DNA of 64,000 nt from Eledone cirrhosa (GCA_964016885.1 OZ024742.1:114204001-114268000), one strand, 5' to 3'; counted from the first letter of the stretch, positions 42,240 through 57,445 are shown. Notes: generated by a model from the letters alone, not told the origin. Numbers and translations: made by a program.

Positions 42240-42640
42240 TGCCTACTGATTCCCTGACCCCTAACACCAATGCAAGGGAGGAGGTCAGCTGTACTTAACA
42301 AACAACAACAACAGAAAAAGTTTTATAGTCTTTTGACTGAGGAATGTTCTCACAACTGACCAATGTGAGGAAATAGTGTCCTTTGACGCCGAAATTCGTT
42401 TGTTCGAATTCATATGATTCCAGTTCCTCAGAGAAATAACAACCCAACCAGGAACTGGGCATATCGGAGTATTGACGGAGTTAAACACGTCAGCAACATG
42501 TGTACCCGTCTCTCCCACACCAATTCGGACTGCCTGAAGAGGTCAAAGCCCAGGGTGGATGTCACCGAAATATATATAGCAGTACACCTTTAATAAACAA
42601 AGTCACATTTTAAATATTTGACTTAATTATTTTATTTTAC
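42240..42640 (+). mobile_element. Family A Penelope-type terminal fragment with an intact HHR (42529-42583)
   Basis: actgc CTGAAGA ggtc...cacc GAAA tatataTA gcagt, followed by AATAAA. Homologous to 12137-12640. Confidence 0.8.
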
Positions 42641-42681
42641 ACATACATATATAAATATATATACATATATACATATATATA

Positions 42682-43566
42682 CAAGGTGTGTCAGAAAAGT
42701 TCCAGGACTGATGTCACAAGAGATTTATTTCTAACCCAATCTTCACAATAAGAGTGTTTCCCTTCAAAGTAATCCGTCTGGAGTCTAATACACTTTTCCA
42801 TCTTTTCTGCCACGCTTGCATGCACTCCTGGAAGGATTCTTCAGGATGCTCCGCAGTTCCGTTGTCACGGCATTTTTGATGTCGTCCACGTCTTCAAAAC
42901 GGGTCCCCTCCCGGTCGTACTAGAATATCCATGACTCATCACCGGTGATGACTTTCCCGAGCAAGTCTGGTTCGGTTTCAAGACACTTGAGGATGTCCGG
43001 ACATACTTGCATGCGTAGACCCTTCTGGTCATCGTTCAGCAGTTTTGGTACCATCTTTGCGCAGACTTTCCGCATGTCCAAATCTTCAGTGAAAATATTC
43101 CAGACGCTGTCCCGATTCATACCCAGCTCGCTTGCCGTCAGTCGAACAATCAGCCGACGATCCCTACGCACCATCTGCCTGACGCGCTCAATGTTGACCT
43201 CAGTCCTGGTTGTTGAGGGCCTTCCGCTCCTGGGGTCATCTTGCACCACTCAAAAACATGTGAGCGTGAAATCGTCTCATCTCGATACACTTACTGCAGC
43301 AATCCCAGTGCTTCTGACGGAGTTTTCCCCGTCCGTACCAGAAACTTCAGGTTTGTTCGTTGCTCTGTGCTCATTGCTTGACGACCTGAATTAGAGGACA
43401 TGTATATACAATTATGAAGAAAAAAGTTTGATCGCTGCAGAGAGCTAAGATTACAGTTACATACATCAGGGGAATTACTTTGAAGGAGAAAACTCTAAGT
43501 GTGAAGTTTGGTTTTGAAATAAATCTTTTGTGACATCACTCCTGGAACTTTTTCTGGTACACCTCG
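42682..43566 (-). mobile_element. Internally deleted mariner transposon
   Basis: TA flanks. TIRs caaggtgtgtcagaaaagttccagga / tcctggaactttttctggtacacctcg. Transposase fragments DDPRSGRPST..VRRDRRL..KVCAKMVPKLL..ITGDESW and a C-terminal DYFEG. Confidence 0.88.
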
Positions 43567-45223
43567 TATATATGTATCTATCTATATATGTATGTATGTA
43601 TGATGTATGTTCTCTCTTTCTCTTAATTTCGAGTATATTTTGACCGGCCACTTTCCTGGTAGCAAGGTTGTAAAAGAAAATAAATTGTCATCCCTTGAAT
43701 CGCAAGAATGTTTTGAAAATATGAAGGTGCCAGCTATCGCAGCCATTTATAGACTATGAATTAAGGAGCTGCGCTCTTTCTCCGCAAATCCAAGTTCAGT
43801 TATACATTGGTCCAAACGGGTTGTATGTATGTATGTATGAATGTATCCTTTATATAAACATTTGTGGTCTATCACTCCTAAATACTTATTAAATAGGTTT
43901 AATTTCACTATATATTGTATCTGATCAACACTAAAATGCAAACAGTCTCTTTTTCTCTGATTAATTAATATTTACAAATAGCTCAGGAGTTACATTTCGC
44001 TATCCTCAAAATTTAACGGTGATTTGCCTTTTTTCTTTAATTCACTTTTCAATAAACTAATATGTTGGTAATACATATTTCAACTGTATAAGCAAATATT
44101 AGAAATAGTAGATTGTTTTGTGTCTTTAACCCACTCCAGCAATCTAACAATTATTCATATATTCCATCCATATTTACATAACAGAAGAATTTCTGCCTTT
44201 TCATGGTAAATATATGGGGGGGGGGGGGGCATGGATTAATCTCTGTTACTAAGTGAACAAACTAAATATTACTTCTTGGCTAGTAAATCTCATAAATATT
44301 ATTGTTTTATCTTTGCTTCCGTTATTTATTTATCACAAGAATTTCATTCATTGATATTTCATTGGATTTTCATATATGCAAAACATACAGCGTATGTAAA
44401 ATCGAAATAGAACGTCTTTACAATGTCATGATATTTAACAGCTAGAGGAGCAAGGCATGATGTTATATGGGGTTGCTTTATATATTATATTCTTTATAAC
44501 TACAGTATTGTAAATTTTAAGTGAGGGCATATCATTCCAAAGGGAGTACTTAACATTTCAAAATTAGATAAATGATTCAAATTGTGATGTTACAAAACAA
44601 ACATGAGAATAGGGAATTCTAATTGAAATGTGTGCAAAATGATATCAATGAGTTATTTTGTGAGATGAAGAAGAATCATGTAGTAACATTCTAACAGGTT
44701 TTGTAATGCTCACAACGTGGATTTACCTGCTTCGTTTTATTATGTTATTCTGAAGCTAAAACCATATCATGTGGCTGTAATTTTCCCCGATTGTCATGTA
44801 CATAAACCCTGTTAACACTAATCAACAATCATAACAATCTAGTAGTTGATACTGAGCGACTTTAGACATTTTCTCTCCTCCATTTAACATTCACTCGCCG
44901 ATGTTTCTTGTGTTATTGCAATAATGTAAATAAAATAAAGCATAATTCATAAGTTCTTAGGTGCCACTCTATGAAAGAAAAATTTGACCGTGCAAAGATT
45001 TTAAACGTCGCACATTCCATCAGATTTTATCAATGCGACAATTTCATGTGGTTGAGATTAAAAAAAGAACAACCAGTATCTCGTTTTCCATGAAAGTGTT
45101 ACATTGATAAGAACTGATGGAATGTGCGAATTCTAAAATCTCCGTTTGGCTTTGTTAATAATATAATTTTCTCCGACAGATAATATTTTCTCTGCTACAT
45201 GTTCTCTATGGGAAGATACATTA

Positions 45224-45394
45224 TTGGCAGTTTTGGTAGAGAGTCGGACACCATGCTTTGAAGCATAGAGTTACGTCCCTTTATGATCTGAGTTCAAATC
45301 CCGCCGGGGTTAACTTTGCCTTTCGGGGTCGATAAAATAAAGTACCACTATTGAACTGGGTTTTGCTGGCCTTGTGCCTAAAATAGGACCAATT
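45224..45394 (+). mobile_element. tRNA-derived SINE (octopod-type)
   Basis: tggcag..ggtagagagtcggac..ctgagttcaaatcccgcc..aactttgcctttc..ggggtcgataaaataaagtacc. Confidence 0.85.
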
Positions 45395-45677
45395 ATATAT
45401 AATTGGCCAGTAAATCAAGTTTGTAATTTATTAAATTCACGAAACTACTTTTCTCGATTTGAATAGATATAAGACACTTCCGTGTGAATATATATTAATT
45501 TTGAAATTTTATATAGCCTTACTTAGAAATATAAGTGCTATGTGCTTGACTAATTTTTCTTCCATTGTTTATTACGAAAATAAATATATGGCGTTGTTGT
45601 TTAATTGAATCCAACTTATTTTCATTCGGAAAAAAAATATTAATATACAATTTGTGCATGTGTTTTCGCACACAGTG

Positions 45678-45732
<55 letters not shown>

Positions 45733-45738
<6 letters not shown>

Positions 45739-46427
45739 TTGGCGCTCTGAAATAGCTATATATATATGAATGTATATATAGTGTATTTTGCAATACACTG
45801 TATGTTTAATTAAAAGCATTTAGAACACCTTATGCTATTGTTTTAGAGTAGTGACAGTCTCACTTACTTTAAATTTTGAGCAAACAGGGGGCGATAAAGC
45901 TAACAGAGCTATGTTTCGTACTGATTGGTACTTATCAAAGCCATGTACCCCACCTGTTTGCTGAAAATCATGAATGTTGGATTCTTATAGAATTTCTAGT
46001 AATATTCAGGAAGTGATTATACAGAGCGGTATTTCTTCAAAATGCTTTTAATTAAGCATACAGTGTATTGCAATATACACTATATATACATTCATATATA
46101 TATATAGCTATTTCAGAGCGCCAATTCTAATTTTCAATTTCTGCTTGACCGGCAACCGGTCTGTATAATCAGTTCCTGATTATTACTAGAAATTCTATAA
46201 GAATCAAAGATTCATGATTTTCAGCAAACAGGTGGGGCACTTGGCTTTGATAAGTACCAATCAGTACGAAGCATAGCTCTGTCAGCTTTATCTCCCCCTG
46301 TTTACTGAAAATTTAAAGTGAGCGAGCCTGTCACTACTCTAAAACAATAGCATAAGGTCTTCGAAATGCTTTTAATTAAGCATACAATGTATTGCAAAAT
46401 ACACTATATATGCATTTATATATATAT
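45733..46427. repeat. Nested inverted plus partial-tandem repeat element (a-b / a' / b'-a')
   Basis: 45733-45820 is the reverse complement of 46039-46131. ~45765-46026 is the reverse complement of ~46160-46427. Confidence 0.8.
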
Positions 46428-47377
46428 GGGTGTGTGCGTGTGTGTGTCCACTTGTCATTTTATCATGTGCGTTAGAGCTAATGGGAAAATCTATAAACCA
46501 TCTAAAACACGATGATTTCCAATGGTCGTGTGATGAGAAAGGACTGTCTACTAAGTAGGCAACTTTTCCGTCGGATTCGCGCCCCATTGCTGATTCCTTT
46601 TTTTATCATCGTAGACATGCAGGTCACTTTTTCAAATCGTCATGCATTTAGAATTTATACCACCTCCGTTCTTAGTCCTCCCCTCTTTCTTTTTCTCACT
46701 TAGTCTCTCTCTCTCTCTTTCTCTCTCTCTCTATATATATATATCTCTCTTTCTCTCTCTTTCTCTCTCCCCGACTCTATCTTTCTCTCTCTCTCTCTCT
46801 CTTCCTCTATCTTACCGTATTGTGTCTATCTATATAGGATCTACGTCCAACTGAACAATTGTTTCTCTCATGTTGCCTTCTGTGCATCGTTTCTCTTCTT
46901 CGCAAATACTTGGCTTTGTCTATATCTACTCTTCCCAGTTGCAGTTGTGTTTTACCAAATTTTATTCATCTGTAAATAGTCAGAAAACCACTTGCCCTGT
47001 CTTGTATACATTAGTTACAGTTCCATGTGCATTGAAACTAGTGTTATTGGCGTTAAAGCACCGAAACCACTTGATGACTTTCAGCTGTCTACTGATGGGA
47101 AGGACATGCTCTCTGTTTCGTCCTTTTATCTGTTGTCTCCAGCCACCGTTTTAAAAAATCCATGTGTATGATCTTAGCCATGCAAGTCACTGTTATATAT
47201 ATATATAGCAAGAGAGAGAATTAGAGAGATATACAGCGGTAGATGGATTCATCTGCACCCATGTCTATTGCTTTCATCACATTGGCCCATAAAAAAGGGT
47301 TCATATTTACTGCATTATATTATATTAGTTCCCAAATGATGGGTCCATTCCTTATTGGAAGTGTCCCCTCTCATGTT

Positions 47378-47690
47378 TGTTACGGCCCTTGCCATTCTGA
47401 GTTCAAATCCCGTCGAGGTTAACTTTGCCTTTCATCCTAGCGGGGGTCGATAAAATAAAGTACCTGTAATACACTGGAATAATTGCTGGCCTTGTGTCAA
47501 AAGTAGAAACAATTATTTGAAAAGGGCGGTTGATTGGCAGTATTGGTAGAGGGTCGGAAACCATGCTTTGAAACATAGAGTTACCTCCCGTTATGGTCTG
47601 AGTTTAAATCCCGCCGAGGTTAATTTTGTCTTTCATCCTTACAAGGTCTATAAAATAAAGTACCTGGTGCCAACAGTAGAAACAATTATT
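47378..47690 (+). mobile_element. Two adjacent SINE copies (47378-47516, 5'-truncated; 47525-47690)
   Basis: Same family motifs as 52897-53088. Confidence 0.85.
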
Positions 47691-49154
47691 TGAAAAGTCT
47701 TAAATGTGATTGTGAAATTGATATATTAATGGTAGTCTTACGTGATTGATTGTTTCTTCCTCATTTGCTATAAAATCTCTTATTCACCATAGCCAGGTTA
47801 TCCGCCTGTGGCTCACTCTATGCACGCACACACAGGCATACTCACACACCTATGTATACATAATAGCTGGATCAATATTCCATGAAATTCCGACACATGT
47901 TATGATGAACAAATTTAGTCGAGCTACTACACTCAAGTTTGTATTAGTTTCAAATATCTAGTACTGGCTTATTGAAATCCCGATATATGGCGTGTGATGA
48001 GCAAATTTAGTCAGGCAATTACACACACGTGTATGTCATTTGTATATACATAGACCTGTATTATCGATTGTACATATACTGTTTATACGAACGTAAGTCT
48101 GGATAAAGACGACCTATGTTAAATGGATTGGCACCGATTGCCTACTGGTTTTAATTTACAATACCCTCTATACGTCAACAATATATTAGGTTTCTTGCCC
48201 ACAATAGTTTTTATGTTCAGCTTAATCAACATTTAAAAGTACTGTTATCAAGGAATCTTTATTAGTTAGCATCATTTTATTTAATTTTGTAATACATTTC
48301 ACGTTTCAATTGCTAGGTTCGAATGTGAGATGATTGTTTAATGTTTTCCGAATACATGAGTATTGCTTTTTGCCTCTGAACTCAATTATAATTTTCAGGA
48401 TCATGTCACAGTCAAATAAAACTACCGAGTTATCAGCAACGTGACAATGTTATAATACAAACCCATCACTTCGATTTCGCCGTATACCTCATAATAACAT
48501 TCTGTGTTGCATGAATAAAGTAATGTCTCCATGAAATTAACTCCAATCACAGTTAAATGAATTCACTACATGGATTATTCCAGTGCGAATAAACAAAGCC
48601 TGATAGAAATACGTTTAAAGAGTTTATTAGATGTGATCTATCGAATATAGAATTTCATTTTTTAAATTATATTAGGTAAATTTTGGAGAAGAGTTTTACA
48701 AATTATATTACGGATATATTATAAACATTGATCATATTACATCTACCAGTACAATAAGGTTTCAAAATTAAACAGATAAGCTATCTATAGTACTAGCGTA
48801 CATAGATAGCTTTTACATAAGAAAATATAACTGAATGTATACAACAGATTTGTATATTTGTCTGTATTTTCATGATTTCATAGTCGAAAATCAACAAACA
48901 TAACACAAGTGTAATTATATTACACAGCCTATTGAAAGTATTTTTCAATACTTCCTATAGTTTGAACATATTATATTTAATGCTTAATTCCTTTTAATAT
49001 TTTCAATATACATCGGCTTTGTAGTAAGCTAATGTACGTGATAAAAAAAATTCATCGGAAAAAAAAAACAGCATAGATAATATATATTGTGTATGTGTGT
49101 ATGTATGTATAAAAATACGTATCTACATATATTCCTATATAGATATTCATGTAA

Positions 49155-49330
<176 letters not shown>

Positions 49331-50569
49331 CTGTGTGTATGTGATGTCTGCGATTATGAGTGTGTGTATTGACAATGAATTTATATCTATTTAGAATCTA
49401 CTCCTAAAACCTGTGGCATGATGATGGAAATATTTTAAGTTTCACACAATTAACAGAATGAAGAGATGAAAGTTTATTTACATTATATATTGATACATTT
49501 CCTCGTCGTTTAAATATCTATGATATATATATGAAGTTATTTGAACAAATAAAATCATTTTCAAATTTGTAATTACTATTTAACATAAACACATTAGCAT
49601 GAATATACATATAACAGAATACAAGTCAATATTTGTTTAAAGAAATGCATTTTAAAAATATATTTATGTTGCCGTATTAGTAAATCATATCCTGTTTATG
49701 TGCATAAAACTATGTTTTACGGTTTTAGTCTGAACATGTTATTCAATCAATATTATTTATTATACAATTAAAATTCATACATCTCTACCTACATACACAC
49801 GCACACACACACACACACACACATACACACACGTGCGCGCGCGCGCGCACACACACACACATATATATTTATATATAACGGCTTGTTAATAGATGATTTA
49901 GAATATGCAGCTGCGTACAAAATTAGGGACATAAAAATGCATACATACATATGTACATACAACGTACGTTTTAATATAATTCACCGATTTTCTCTGAGTA
50001 ACACATGACTTGAAAAATACAATTTCCTTATGGCCGTTTTTGTTCACAGAATGGATTGGTTTTAGATGGTATCTCATTGTAGATACGTTTCGTAAATTTG
50101 AGTCAAAATATTTGAGCTTCATTTCTTTTAATTTGTTCTACCAGTAAACATGGTGGATCCACGACCCCTACTGTTGAGTCTGCTGTTGTGTGACGGCGGC
50201 TTAAACGTTGATAGGAAAAAAATTCCATTTCCACCAGCATCACCATTATGAATAATGTAACTACTGACAGCACAACAGACAACAGCAACAATAATAACAC
50301 CAACAAAAATATAAGCAACACCACCATCGATAACAACATAAACAAAGACAACGAAAAACAAGAGCTAAAATGAAAGAAGTAACAACAACAGCAACTCCGG
50401 CAAGAACAACACACCCATTACCAACTGCAACAAGGACAAAAATAACACCGACACCAAGAAAAACGATAAAAAGTACGTCATGAACAACGGCATCAAAAAC
50501 CAATGACAACACTATCAACAACAACAACAACTTCAACTACAACAAAGTGAACAGCAACACCACTTCTGA

Positions 50570-52700
50570 TAAAGAGCAAATGTCTTTCCCTGTTGGAAGC
50601 TTATTCAATTATATGGAGAGAGGGGGGGGGGGTCTCGTTTAGATGCATTTCAGCGCTGACTCGCAAAGCGGAGATCACTGTGCAAGCCGCAATAGAAACG
50701 GTGCTAAAATACGGCACCAGCTCGGTGCAGTTTAAGTAGGAAACCATCGCTATGTAGCACACGGTGGCACTTTGCAAACCCAGCAAGGTTATAATGTCCC
50801 CAACACACACGAGAAGGGGTACTGTGCGAGTCCGCATTCACAGGATTCCAGGGGAACAGACATGTGGCGGTGCCTGGGAACCGTGATTTTTGAGGGGACA
50901 TATACCGTCCTGGTAGTAGCATCACGAACAACCACGTAAGACAGGTCCGGTGTTGATTTGGAGACATTTCTACCTATCAGGCCATAGCACCTAAAAAAAA
51001 ATAATAATCCCATAAAACGTCCGTCTCAAAAACGTGACAAACCTGCAAATAATGACTGAAGGTAGAAGGGTGAACTGTTACGTCCGCGGAGAGACTATGC
51101 ATTTACGACCCTTCTGCCCTCAGATAAAAAAAAACAAAACAAGTGTTCGAAATCCTCGAATGATCCCGATTCCAGTGATGGGGCAAACACCCACACAATC
51201 ACCGCCAGCTCCACCAGCAGCAGCAACACCAGCGGGTATGGCACCACCAACGATAACCAACCACAATTCCCCAAACGAAAACAATCTGAACAAACAGACG
51301 AACAAAAGAACATACACAATTTGAAACCGCAGACACCACACTCAAAACGAACATGGAGATATAAAAAAAAACACCACCCACACCATCACCATCAGCACTT
51401 AACTAAGCCAAACGCAAGCAAGTAAAGTAGCAACAAAAAAACACAATTTCGTACTTAAAAGAAGCGCTGACGAAGAATTTATGTCCCTCTTAGCAGGAAG
51501 ACGGGAAAGAGAGGGGGATGATTGCAACAAGCACATTGCAAAAGCCAGAAGATATGTATCAGGTATGAATGTTGCAAGACACCTACAAAGGGTGACAGAG
51601 TGCTTTCCTCGCGACGTGGGAACCCGAATAACATACCAACAAGCAAAAGTTCTAATAATCTTGGAGGTGGAACCACACTGACCCCACAAGGCCCCAGGAT
51701 ATAGGTAGATATCTCCTCTTTTATTTTAACCGCACACCATGACCATATTAATAGTGACACTTTAGAATGTTCCTGAACTTGGGTCGTCCTGGAAGCAGCG
51801 TCAACCGCTGAACGTGCTCAGGGCAATAGATGTGGATTTGACTGCCGTTAGCGAGAAAAAATACTTCCGACATGCATGGACTAGCCCCCATTTTCGACGA
51901 CTATCATGCTTTGCCTCTTTTACTCGGCTGGGAAATGGTGTTGGAATGGCGTGGTGTTTAGGGAAAGGCATGGATCTCGAGGTAAGGTCGACCAACCTGG
52001 ACGCAGACGGTAAGTTGTTGGAGAAGAGCAATAGGAATGATAGTGCCTTTCAATTAATGGCTGTCTGTAGGTGGTTTGAAGCCTTTCTGTGAACGTCAAA
52101 ACCACCTACCGTTAGCGGGGTACTGGATCGGCATAGTAGACACACACTAGAATTATGCCGAAGTAGCTGATAGGAGCGTGGGGTGTTAAAGCCACAAACA
52201 TCGGATCAGCCATTTCCACCTCTCTGACATGGACCGACTAGATTCCTATGAACCGTAAATGAGGACATGGACTGACCTCACAGGGTCATCTACATCGTAT
52301 ATTGATACGGTTTTATTTGGTAAATCAATCAAGAGAGTATAGGTTGCCCACAAGTTTGTGATATTCATGGTCAACCTAGATAGGACATGCAGTTTAGGAC
52401 CTGATTCCTGGAAGCTGAAAATATATTTGGAGCATGCAGGGACTGGGACAAACATTTATTTGCGTGAACATTTACAAGCAGGTCATCTACAACAGGTGGT
52501 CGGGTGCTCTCAAAAGAGTAATTAGAGTATGTCGATAGGGTTTAGTAGCGCTAGAGAAAAATGGAAAGGGGTAGGATCTGGTAGCTAAATTAGACGAGGC
52601 GATTTGTAGTGGCATTTAATCTGATATGTTAGCAGTGTAAATGAATTTTCCTTTGTCAGAGCCAATGTGCGTGCTCTGAGAAACGAGGGAACCAACACTG
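50570..52700 (+). mobile_element. Heavily decayed L1/Tx1-type LINE (ORF1 zinc knuckle and ORF2 AP endonuclease relic)
   Basis: GRRVNCYVRGETMHLRPFCP is a CCHC knuckle with one C>R. From ~51750: LIVTL-NV..LGSSWKQRQ.LNVLRAIDVDLTAVSE, DADGKLL and TWTD (APE motifs). GC is elevated. Confidence 0.65.
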
Positions 52701-52896
52701 TTCGAAATTCGGGACGCCCTAGTCAGCTGTACGAGGCGCAAGTCAACCAGTTAGGATGGTCTACTCTACGAACTTTAGCTAGATATGCTAGACGTGTTCT
52801 CATATCTCCTCGAAGAACTCTACTGCAACTCGCACATTTTTTCAGTTCTCCTTTTTAATCATTATATGTCCACTGATTAATGTCCACACATTATAT

Positions 52897-53088
52897 GGCC
52901 AGTGGATTGGCAGTATCGGTAGAGGGTCGGACGCCATGCTTTGACGCATAGAGTTACGGCCCTTGCCATTCTGAGTTCAAATCCCGCCGAGGTTAACTTT
53001 GCCTTTCATCCTTATGGGGTCGATAAAATAAAGTACCAGTAATACACTGGGTAATTGCTGGCCTTGTGCCAAAAGTAGAAACAATTAT
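52897..53088 (+). mobile_element. tRNA-derived SINE (best-preserved copy)
   Basis: A-box-like tggcagtatcggt, B-box gagttcaaatcc, central gcctttcatcc..ggggtcgataaaataaagtaccag, and 3' ggccttgtgccaaaagtagaaac. Confidence 0.9.
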
Positions 53089-53923
53089 ATGTCCACTGAT
53101 TATCACTTGTTATGCACGGGCTTCCGACGCCTCATTTTCTAAATTGTCATGTATTGAAATTTCTGAACTTATTCGAGGACATGTTGAGATTTAATGAAAT
53201 GCTTATGCTAACAAAAGCATGTTTTCTTTTCATCGTTCAACAATCTGTCGGTGTTCACAGAGAAGTACAGAGAGAGTGTCATATTTTCCTAATCTCATTT
53301 TATTGCATCTAGATAATCCTTGTACTATTTTCTTTGTTTTGAACTAAAATATATACAGTGTAAATGTTGCCCTACACTATACGCCTCGTTTTATATTTCT
53401 GGCGAGATAATACTTTACCTCCTGAAAGCATTTGGTCAATTGTCTGAAAATGCACATCTCAGAATAATCAATGTGGGTCAGTATTATTACACATCACATT
53501 GGATTGAAATTTGCGCGTTGAAAGGCATTGGGCTGATGCAACTAAAATGAAGAGATCACACTCTGCTTTTTGCCCAGCACTCCGCTGCCACTTATAGGAA
53601 ATCATTTGACCTACATCCGCTTCTTTGCAACAGAGAATATACTGTCCATGCGGTGGGTTTTGCATCCATTTAGAGCACAGTATGTGTTGCTCTTCGCGTT
53701 TTGTTTTATTATGATCAAGAGAGGCATGCTAACCTCGAAGAGATTTGAACTCAAAACAGAAAGTGATGTAACTCTATACCGGGAAGCAATTTGCCCGATG
53801 ATCTACCACCCTAATAATAATAATAATAGTTTCTTAATTAGGCAAAAGGCCAACACTTTTGTGGGAGAGGAAAGCCTATTACATCGATGTCATTGCGTTA
53901 CTGGTACTTTCATTAAGCTTGTA

Positions 53924-54101
53924 ATAATTGTTTCTAATTTTGGCACAAGGCCAGCAATTACCCAGTGCATTACTGGTACTTTACTTTATCGACCCCGTAA
54001 GGATGAAAGGCACAGTCAACCTCGGCGGGATTTGAACTCAGATCGTAAAGGGACGTAACTATGCTGGAAAGCATGGCGTCCGACCCTCTACCGATACTGC
54101 C
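53924..54101 (-). mobile_element. tRNA-derived SINE
   Basis: Reverse complement of the 52897 family. An older related relic lies at ~53728-53920. Confidence 0.88.
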
Positions 54102-57042
54102 AGGCAAAATTAACTTCAGTGTGATCTGATCTCGAGACTTAAAGGGAGGTAAATCTATTTCGAATGTTTTTCGACGTTCAACCGACACTCCCAATCCACC
54201 ACCCTAGTGATTATAATAATAGTTTCTGATGTAGCCGCAAAGCCAATATTTAATTTTTTTTTTAATCAATTACTCAGTGTAACTTTCAGCATACGTTGTT
54301 GTGCGAGGTTAGCGGGTTTCGTATGTAGTACATGTTCTATGTTTTTTATTAGCAACATTGGCAACATGACGATACCCATATATAACAATATCTATATGAA
54401 AACATCATTTCACATGAAAAATACTGTAAAGCAAATAGTTAAACTTTAGTTATATTAGACTTTAGATCTTTATTAAATATCACCCTAACGCGTCATATCT
54501 GTTACTTCATGAATAATTCATCTAACTCTATACTTTGATGACAGTCTTCTTCGTTAAAACACAACTATTTCTTAGACTGTTGTTTATATTATATTTTTAT
54601 CTCATCCGCCTTATGTCGTACGATATGAGTTTTATTTTAAGAGAGTTCATTTCTTCGTTGTTGATATTGTGAAAATTTCCTAAATAATAACCGGGCCAAT
54701 TTTATCCCTAGATAATTGGCAGTTTATTTAACTAATTCTCTTATTAAACACTGAGTTGTTTGTCATTCCTATATACATGTGGATTGGGAGATCTTTCATT
54801 CAGACTCTGTTCACTTCTATAGGGATAAAACGGGAGAAGATTATTGGAGAGTTATTTATCATATTTTTCAATAAACATAGAATAGTTCCATTTATATTAT
54901 TCTTTTTCCTCTCTTCTCTAAAATCTTCATTTATGGCCGTGCGAAATAGAATCAAGTTTTTACATTCATACGAGATTTTTGGAGTATTTTTTGTCTTTTT
55001 GTTGATGTGTGTTTCTATAAGAATAATATTATGCTTTTAAACATGCATCTCTGAATCCCCGTAATTTTTGAACATTTTCCCTTGACAAATATTAATTGAA
55101 ACTAGAATGTTTATATGCAAAAGAAGTATGAAATAAACAATATCTAATTATTCGGCAAGCTGCACTAGAGTGGTAAACATTGAACGAACAACTTATATCT
55201 TGTACCATTCTTAGTATCTTCATATATATTGAAGATGAGTATCTTTCACAGAAAGGATATCCATTATATTTGGTATGCTGTGAATGACCGTTAACAAGAA
55301 ACCGGTTTTTAGGTCTACTGGATTTGGCCATCTGACATCACTTAACCTTAGAAAGTAAGATTTATTGTTTTTGGTATTCATTTCAAAAGTATTACCCACT
55401 GCAAACACAAAAAGGTATCATGATATTGTAACGCAGTCCTATATATACAGTAACAATGTATTTATGTAAACATAATAGAATGAGGATATCTTCTATCACA
55501 TTACAACATAAAATATCACTCATTATTGACACAATCTGACTTCTATCTCGTCTTTCTCGTATCAAATCTGCTTCGGCCTTAAAGGGTATGTTTGGGGTTT
55601 CTATTCAATCTCTTTACGTATAAATAACACGTAGGCAATCATACATACATACACATGCACCCCTTTCTTTCCCTTTATCTCTCTTTCTATCATTCTCTCT
55701 CTCTCTCACTCTCTCTATCAATCTGGTTATTGTTTCCTATCGTTGCTTTTATTCAATTTTCTATCATCTCTTGGGGAAACTAAATAACAAACGCATAAAA
55801 AGAAAGAATTCAGGAATATGAGTCCTATGCAGGGACGAAATAACTTAATATTGCTAGTAAATCAATAGATGGTGAAAATGAACATTAGAGAGAATTTTTA
55901 TTTTCTCATCGTTTAGAAAAGAGAGAATCTCTCCAGATTTTATGCCATGAGAAAATGCGTCCAGTAAGCATTGCAGTGGAATTGTTGAAGTGATTTTAAG
56001 ATTATTTAAAATTGAGTGCATTATTCAATCTTTCCGGGCTCAAAGCAACGACCGTAATGTTAATTGAGTTTGGTTTTTGCAATATTTGCTACTCATTCAA
56101 GTTAAAATGACGATATATATGCACAGATCACTGCAGAACATATTTCTGATGTTTTCGACAGGTTGTTGAATATCAGAGCAATATGATGTACCTGCTTGAC
56201 TTATATCAGTATGTAGCATGGATAAATGTTTAATGAATTCGCTTCGCGTATATTATGTTTTACCACAACTGACTGCGAACTATTACAAATCGTCCGTCCT
56301 GAGTAAATTCAATTAAATGAAATCCAATATGCGGAAAAAACATTTTAACCTTGGTTGAAAGACGGGATATGATGTCAAATGAACAATTTGGTCATAATGT
56401 GTAGCATTTAACATCTGTACAATCCACCAGCGTTACACTTGCCTATTAGGCACTTGATTTCTCAGGCACTGACAATCTAATTTACTGCCTAGCCGTTCCG
56501 TTGACGATATATTGTGACTTTCATCACGTGTATATGACATACTGTAAACATGTTATTTGAAATCTGTAATGCTTTTTCAGTTCCATACCCTCTATTATTG
56601 TTGCTGCTTTGTATCATGATGATAATCGACGTCATCATCCTCATTATTATCTTCATCTTCATCATCAATATAGTACTCCTATTCATCCTCAATAACATCT
56701 CCCTCATTATAATCATCAACATTACCAACACTATCTAATCGTGGTCATCATCAACGTCATCGTCATTATTACTACCATCAATGTATTCTAATGAAAGTTG
56801 TCCTTAGGTTACAGATACATATATCAGAATGATATTTTGTATAAGTAAATAAATAAAATATTAAGAAATTCAAATCGCAATGATATGTTTTCTTACAGCT
56901 GCGATTCCTAAGCAATTTTCAAAAAAGAAAATGGATTAATACCTGTTGGAAAGAATAAAAACATATCAGAGATGCACAGACATATATGCACACATACATA
57001 CACATACACACATACAAAACACACACACACACACACACACGC

Positions 57043-57087
<45 letters not shown>

Positions 57088-57407
57088 AAAAGAGGGAGAA
57101 AGTTATTAAACTGAAATTGAAAAATCAATAGAATAATACATGAAACAGTTTAAAATGGCTACACATGATATATATTGTTCTTTTTTTTTCCATAAAGCAG
57201 CTGTTTTCCATCAGCAGATTGTATTGTTCAAGGTCGAGATTTATACAAATATAAAACGCTTATATATATATATATGTATATATATGCGCGTGTGTGTTTA
57301 TGTGGTTTATGTATGTGTGCCTGTCTGTGTGTGTGTGTGAGTAACAATATATATGTATACCTTTATGTATAGACATGTACATATAGATATAGACACACGC
57401 AAACAGG

Positions 57408-57445
<38 letters not shown>

